Below are positions 33,464 to 36,617 of a stretch of 36,617 nt of DNA, piece by piece. The position numbers were made by a program, and so were the translations under genes. Below the pieces are notes generated by a model. That model searched no databases. It was not told where the DNA came from and was given only the letters and a program-made list of their open reading frames with translations. The stretch's first letter is position 1. Every line of letters begins with the position of its first letter. The stretch lies in the NCBI GenBank assembly GCA_000320545.1, contig ADNK01000823.1, positions 1-36,617 of the forward strand, read 5' to 3'. The DNA is from Bigelowiella natans CCMP2755. Taxonomy: Eukaryota; Protista; Cercozoa.

Positions 33464-34063
33464 ATGGAGGTTGACCCGGAGCCCCACAAGATCCACCGAT
33501 GCCGGTTCTTCAAGTGGAAACCTGGGGCCATAACCTGTCTCGCATTCACGGAGGATGGGACCAGAATTGCGGTCAGGCACCACCCTCAAAGCACATGCAT
33601 TATGATTTTGCTACGCTTCGGTAACAGTCAGCCAATTTCAACGACCGACCGCACATATCTGTAGGTTGGACGCGAGAATGGGGACATTGAGATCTGGAGA
33701 GAGTGGCACTGCGAACTGGTCCCCCTACAATTACGAATAGGATAATCTTTTGCGATTCCTAGTCTCCACGATTGCCAAACTCACATTAAGGGATGATGAT
33801 GTTGCGCACAAGAGGAAATTAGAAGAGAGAGCGTTCATTGCTATTTTTTCCATACGGTGATACTCCCTATCCTTCTCCAATGTGCAACACCGAAATATTA
33901 GGTGATTCCTGGGTATGGAGATAAAGGTAGTGTCTACCGGGTGCTATGGCTTCCACGAGTAAGCAACGAGGAGGAGAAAGGCAGCAGCGCAGGATTCCCT
34001 CGACTTTTCACAGCAGGGTTGAATGGTACACAGCAACTTAGATCGGCCTAGCGGAATATATCC

Positions 34064-34105
<42 letters not shown>

Positions 34106-35140
34106 ATTATCATCATTATGATCCCGCAGATGGTACATCTGATGAACGGCCCCCTACTTACCCGTACCTACCAAAAACCAGGTCGATTGGTGGAGTACGA
34201 CTTACACAGCTTGAAGCCGAAGGAAGGACTCTCTTCTTACGGGTATAATTTGGTGAATAGCCGCAGGAAATAATTTTTGGATCCACGCATGTTTTCAGCA
34301 TATGCCGATGATCGAATGATTCCTATGGGGCTGAGCGGTTTTGTGACTGCTTTTGCGAACAACAACAGCGGGGCCATATGGTCATGTGAAACGAATGGCG
34401 ATCGGACAGATGTTGCGCTTGGGTGTGAGGTAATGTGCATGCATATTCATGTGGGTAGTAGTATTCACGTCGTTTCGCCTCTTCTTTCTTGTAGCCTGTG
34501 AAGCACCGATGAAACTCGTATCTTACTTTTCCAGGACGGGACTGCGCGCATTTACTCCCGAGTGGAAGGCTCTGATGCCCCCCTTGTCTACAAGGGCGTG
34601 ATAGGATCTCAAAAGGGTTGTGCAGCAACGGCAGCAATAGAAGAAGAAGTAGATGAAGAAGATGAAAGCACGTTGACTCCTTTTGAGGCTCTTCGCTTGC
34701 CGGTTGCAGAATCGATCTTTGACTCATCGCAATATGTGTCCGCGTGTTGTGTGTATTGCTGTCCTTCATACAGGCCGAATCCTGAGTTTGTGCTATGGGA
34801 AACGGCGAGTCGCGTCTTCTCCGACGACAGAAGAAGTTTTAGCAATGTACAACAACTTGCACCTTACAGCTACGAAAGCACCTCACCACCACTCTCACAT
34901 TCACCTCCTTCTGCGTTTTGCCATTTTTTGTCCTGTCGTATCCTCAGTTGTGTCTCACAGCCTTACTACACCGCTTATTCGCACAAAAACACATCTCTCC
35001 CCCACTGGTCTGTTCGTCGTATCAAACATTATTATTTTCAGGGGCTCGAATCGTGGGCGAATCTCTCTCTGGAGCACGAAGACCGGGGAGCTGCGCGTTG
35101 ACATGCAAGCGGACAAGTAGGCTAGCGAGAGTGGGAGAGG

Positions 35141-35189
<49 letters not shown>

Positions 35190-35672
35190 GGGGAGCCTCT
35201 TCTGATCGATCACGGAGAACCAAGCAATGAAAATAAATCTGACGATAAGCGCATTGGTGGTTTTTGTTGGTGGTGCTGCAGGTTTGGAAGGGACCCAACC
35301 TGGGTGTGGTGCTTGAAGTTCGTTCTGCACGGCCAATACATCGCTGTGGTACGCACCACGATATTGTTACAACAACAACAACTACTTCTACTACTACTAC
35401 TCCTCAGCAACAACAGAGAACAGAAGAGACGCTCACCTACCCCCACACCTATGAGTGGGAGCGGGGCGTTGTGCAGCGAATTGAGAGACTCATTGGTTGA
35501 TGACGTATGTCCTCCCTCCCTTCTTCCTCTTTCTTCTTCTTTTCAGGGCGATAGTCTAGGCAAGGTTACGTTGTGGGATCTTTCGTTTGGAACCCAGACC
35601 GCAGTATTCAGGTAGCGTACAAGCAGCAGCAGCAGTACTATTACTACTACTACTACTACTACAAGTAGTAGT

Positions 35673-35711
<39 letters not shown>

Positions 35712-35973
35712 CAAGACAGCTGCGGCTAACTGCCGTTCTATGATGATATTATTGCTGCTGCTACCGCTATTTCTTCTTCTTCTTCTTCTCCTTCTTCTTC
35801 TTCTTCTTCTTGCCCTCCACTGATCTCCATCCTCTATTTCCTTCTCTTCAGTGACCACATAGCAGATGTGCTCGCGCTTGCAGTCGAAGCAAACCAGTCG
35901 GTCTTCTACTCAGCAGGGTTGTCCTTTGATAGAATTAGTGTACATCATGCTGCTACGCACACACATTTAATAT

Positions 35974-36019
<46 letters not shown>

Positions 36020-36041
36020 ACGCACACATATGCACAAACAC

Positions 36042-36088
<47 letters not shown>

Positions 36089-36617
36089 CATCTTTCTATC
36101 TTAGCGCCGACGGAAGCATCGCCCAGTTCCGCATGGTGCAGCAGCAGCAGCTGCCCTCCCACCACCACCAACATCAAGATCAAGGGGAGGCAGGGGCGCG
36201 AGGGGTTTGGGTCCGCACGCACACGCGACGTGTTCATTCCCACGACGTAAGAGCACTTGCCATCTCTCCCAAAATGATGAAGGAGCGAAGTAGCAGCGGC
36301 ACCTACGGCAAGAAGAAACCGTCTACGATGATGACAACTGCAAAGCAGTCCAAGCGAGGTGTTGGGGAGTGGCTCGTTGCTGGAGGAGTCGATACTTGCC
36401 TCAGCGTCGCAGAGGCGTCATCGTATGTTCCCTTACCCCCCCCCCCCCTCCCTCCCACCTTCCTTTTTATACACGGTGAGTGGTATGCTAACCCCCCCCC
36501 CCCCCCCAATCCCGGCCTCGTTAGGTTTGGAAAGTACCTCTTCTCCAGAAAGCTTCTACCTGAGATAGGACTTCATAGCTTCTCGACGGCGTTGAGGTTG
36601 GTCGCCTTTGAAGGAGA
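33464..36617 (+). CDS. UTP4: U3 snoRNP-associated protein 4 (UTP4/cirhin), WD40; 3' end beyond the window
   Basis: MEVDPEPHKIHRCRFFKWKPGAITCLAF...IA|VGRENGDIEIW, RLFTAGLNG, YGGAIW, ALGCE|DG, GDSLGKVTLWD, HIADVLALA, YSAG and RRVHSHDVRALA, LVAGGVDT. These are the characteristic UTP4 motifs in order, over about 12 GT-AG introns. Confidence 0.93.
35635..35712. repeat. Inverted (TAC)n/(GTA)n fold-back repeat in a UTP4 intron
   Basis: GTACTATTACTACTAC...TAC, then AA, then GTAGTAG...GTAGTAC. The two arms are reverse complements. Confidence 0.9.
35976..36084. repeat. (AC)n/(GCAC)n/(AT)n compound microsatellite in a UTP4 intron
   Basis: Directly visible. Confidence 0.95.

Noticed and set aside
1-36617. 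Transposons, introner families, CRISPR arrays, rRNA and tRNA
   Set aside because: No transposase or RT motifs, terminal repeats, repeat-spacer arrays or cloverleaf structures were seen, and introns share no sequence beyond simple repeats. This was a visual inspection only.

Overview
Eukaryotic nuclear DNA that is gene-dense, intron-rich (almost all GT-AG, many exons under 100 nt) and full of microsatellites. The style resembles chlorarachniophyte or other protist nuclear genomes, but that taxonomy is inference only. Most ORFs in the supplied track are repeat artefacts or single exons, so I spliced the genes by hand. In order: the 3' piece of an ankyrin gene (+), an orphan 3-exon SH3b-like module (-), a truncated HGH1 (-), a probably myristoylated ankyrin protein with a frame break (+), an ATXR4/SMYD-like SET methyltransferase with a mitochondrial-type presequence (-), a TBC1D13-like RabGAP (+), a THEM4-like hotdog thioesterase (-), WDR47-like (+), a greatly expanded FANCI-like gene (-) and UTP4 (+, runs off the end). 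Main points: (1) FANCI carries an inserted LysM-like domain, zinc ribbon and AT-hooks. (2) HGH1 stops early and sits in frame with an SH3b module across a single TGA. (3) Gene orientation alternates, with palindrome-rich convergent spacers and CCGA-rich divergent spacers. (4) Some introns contain fold-back microsatellites. I found no CRISPR array, rRNA, tRNA or transposase. Exon boundaries are manual predictions and homologies are from recalled motifs, not database searches.
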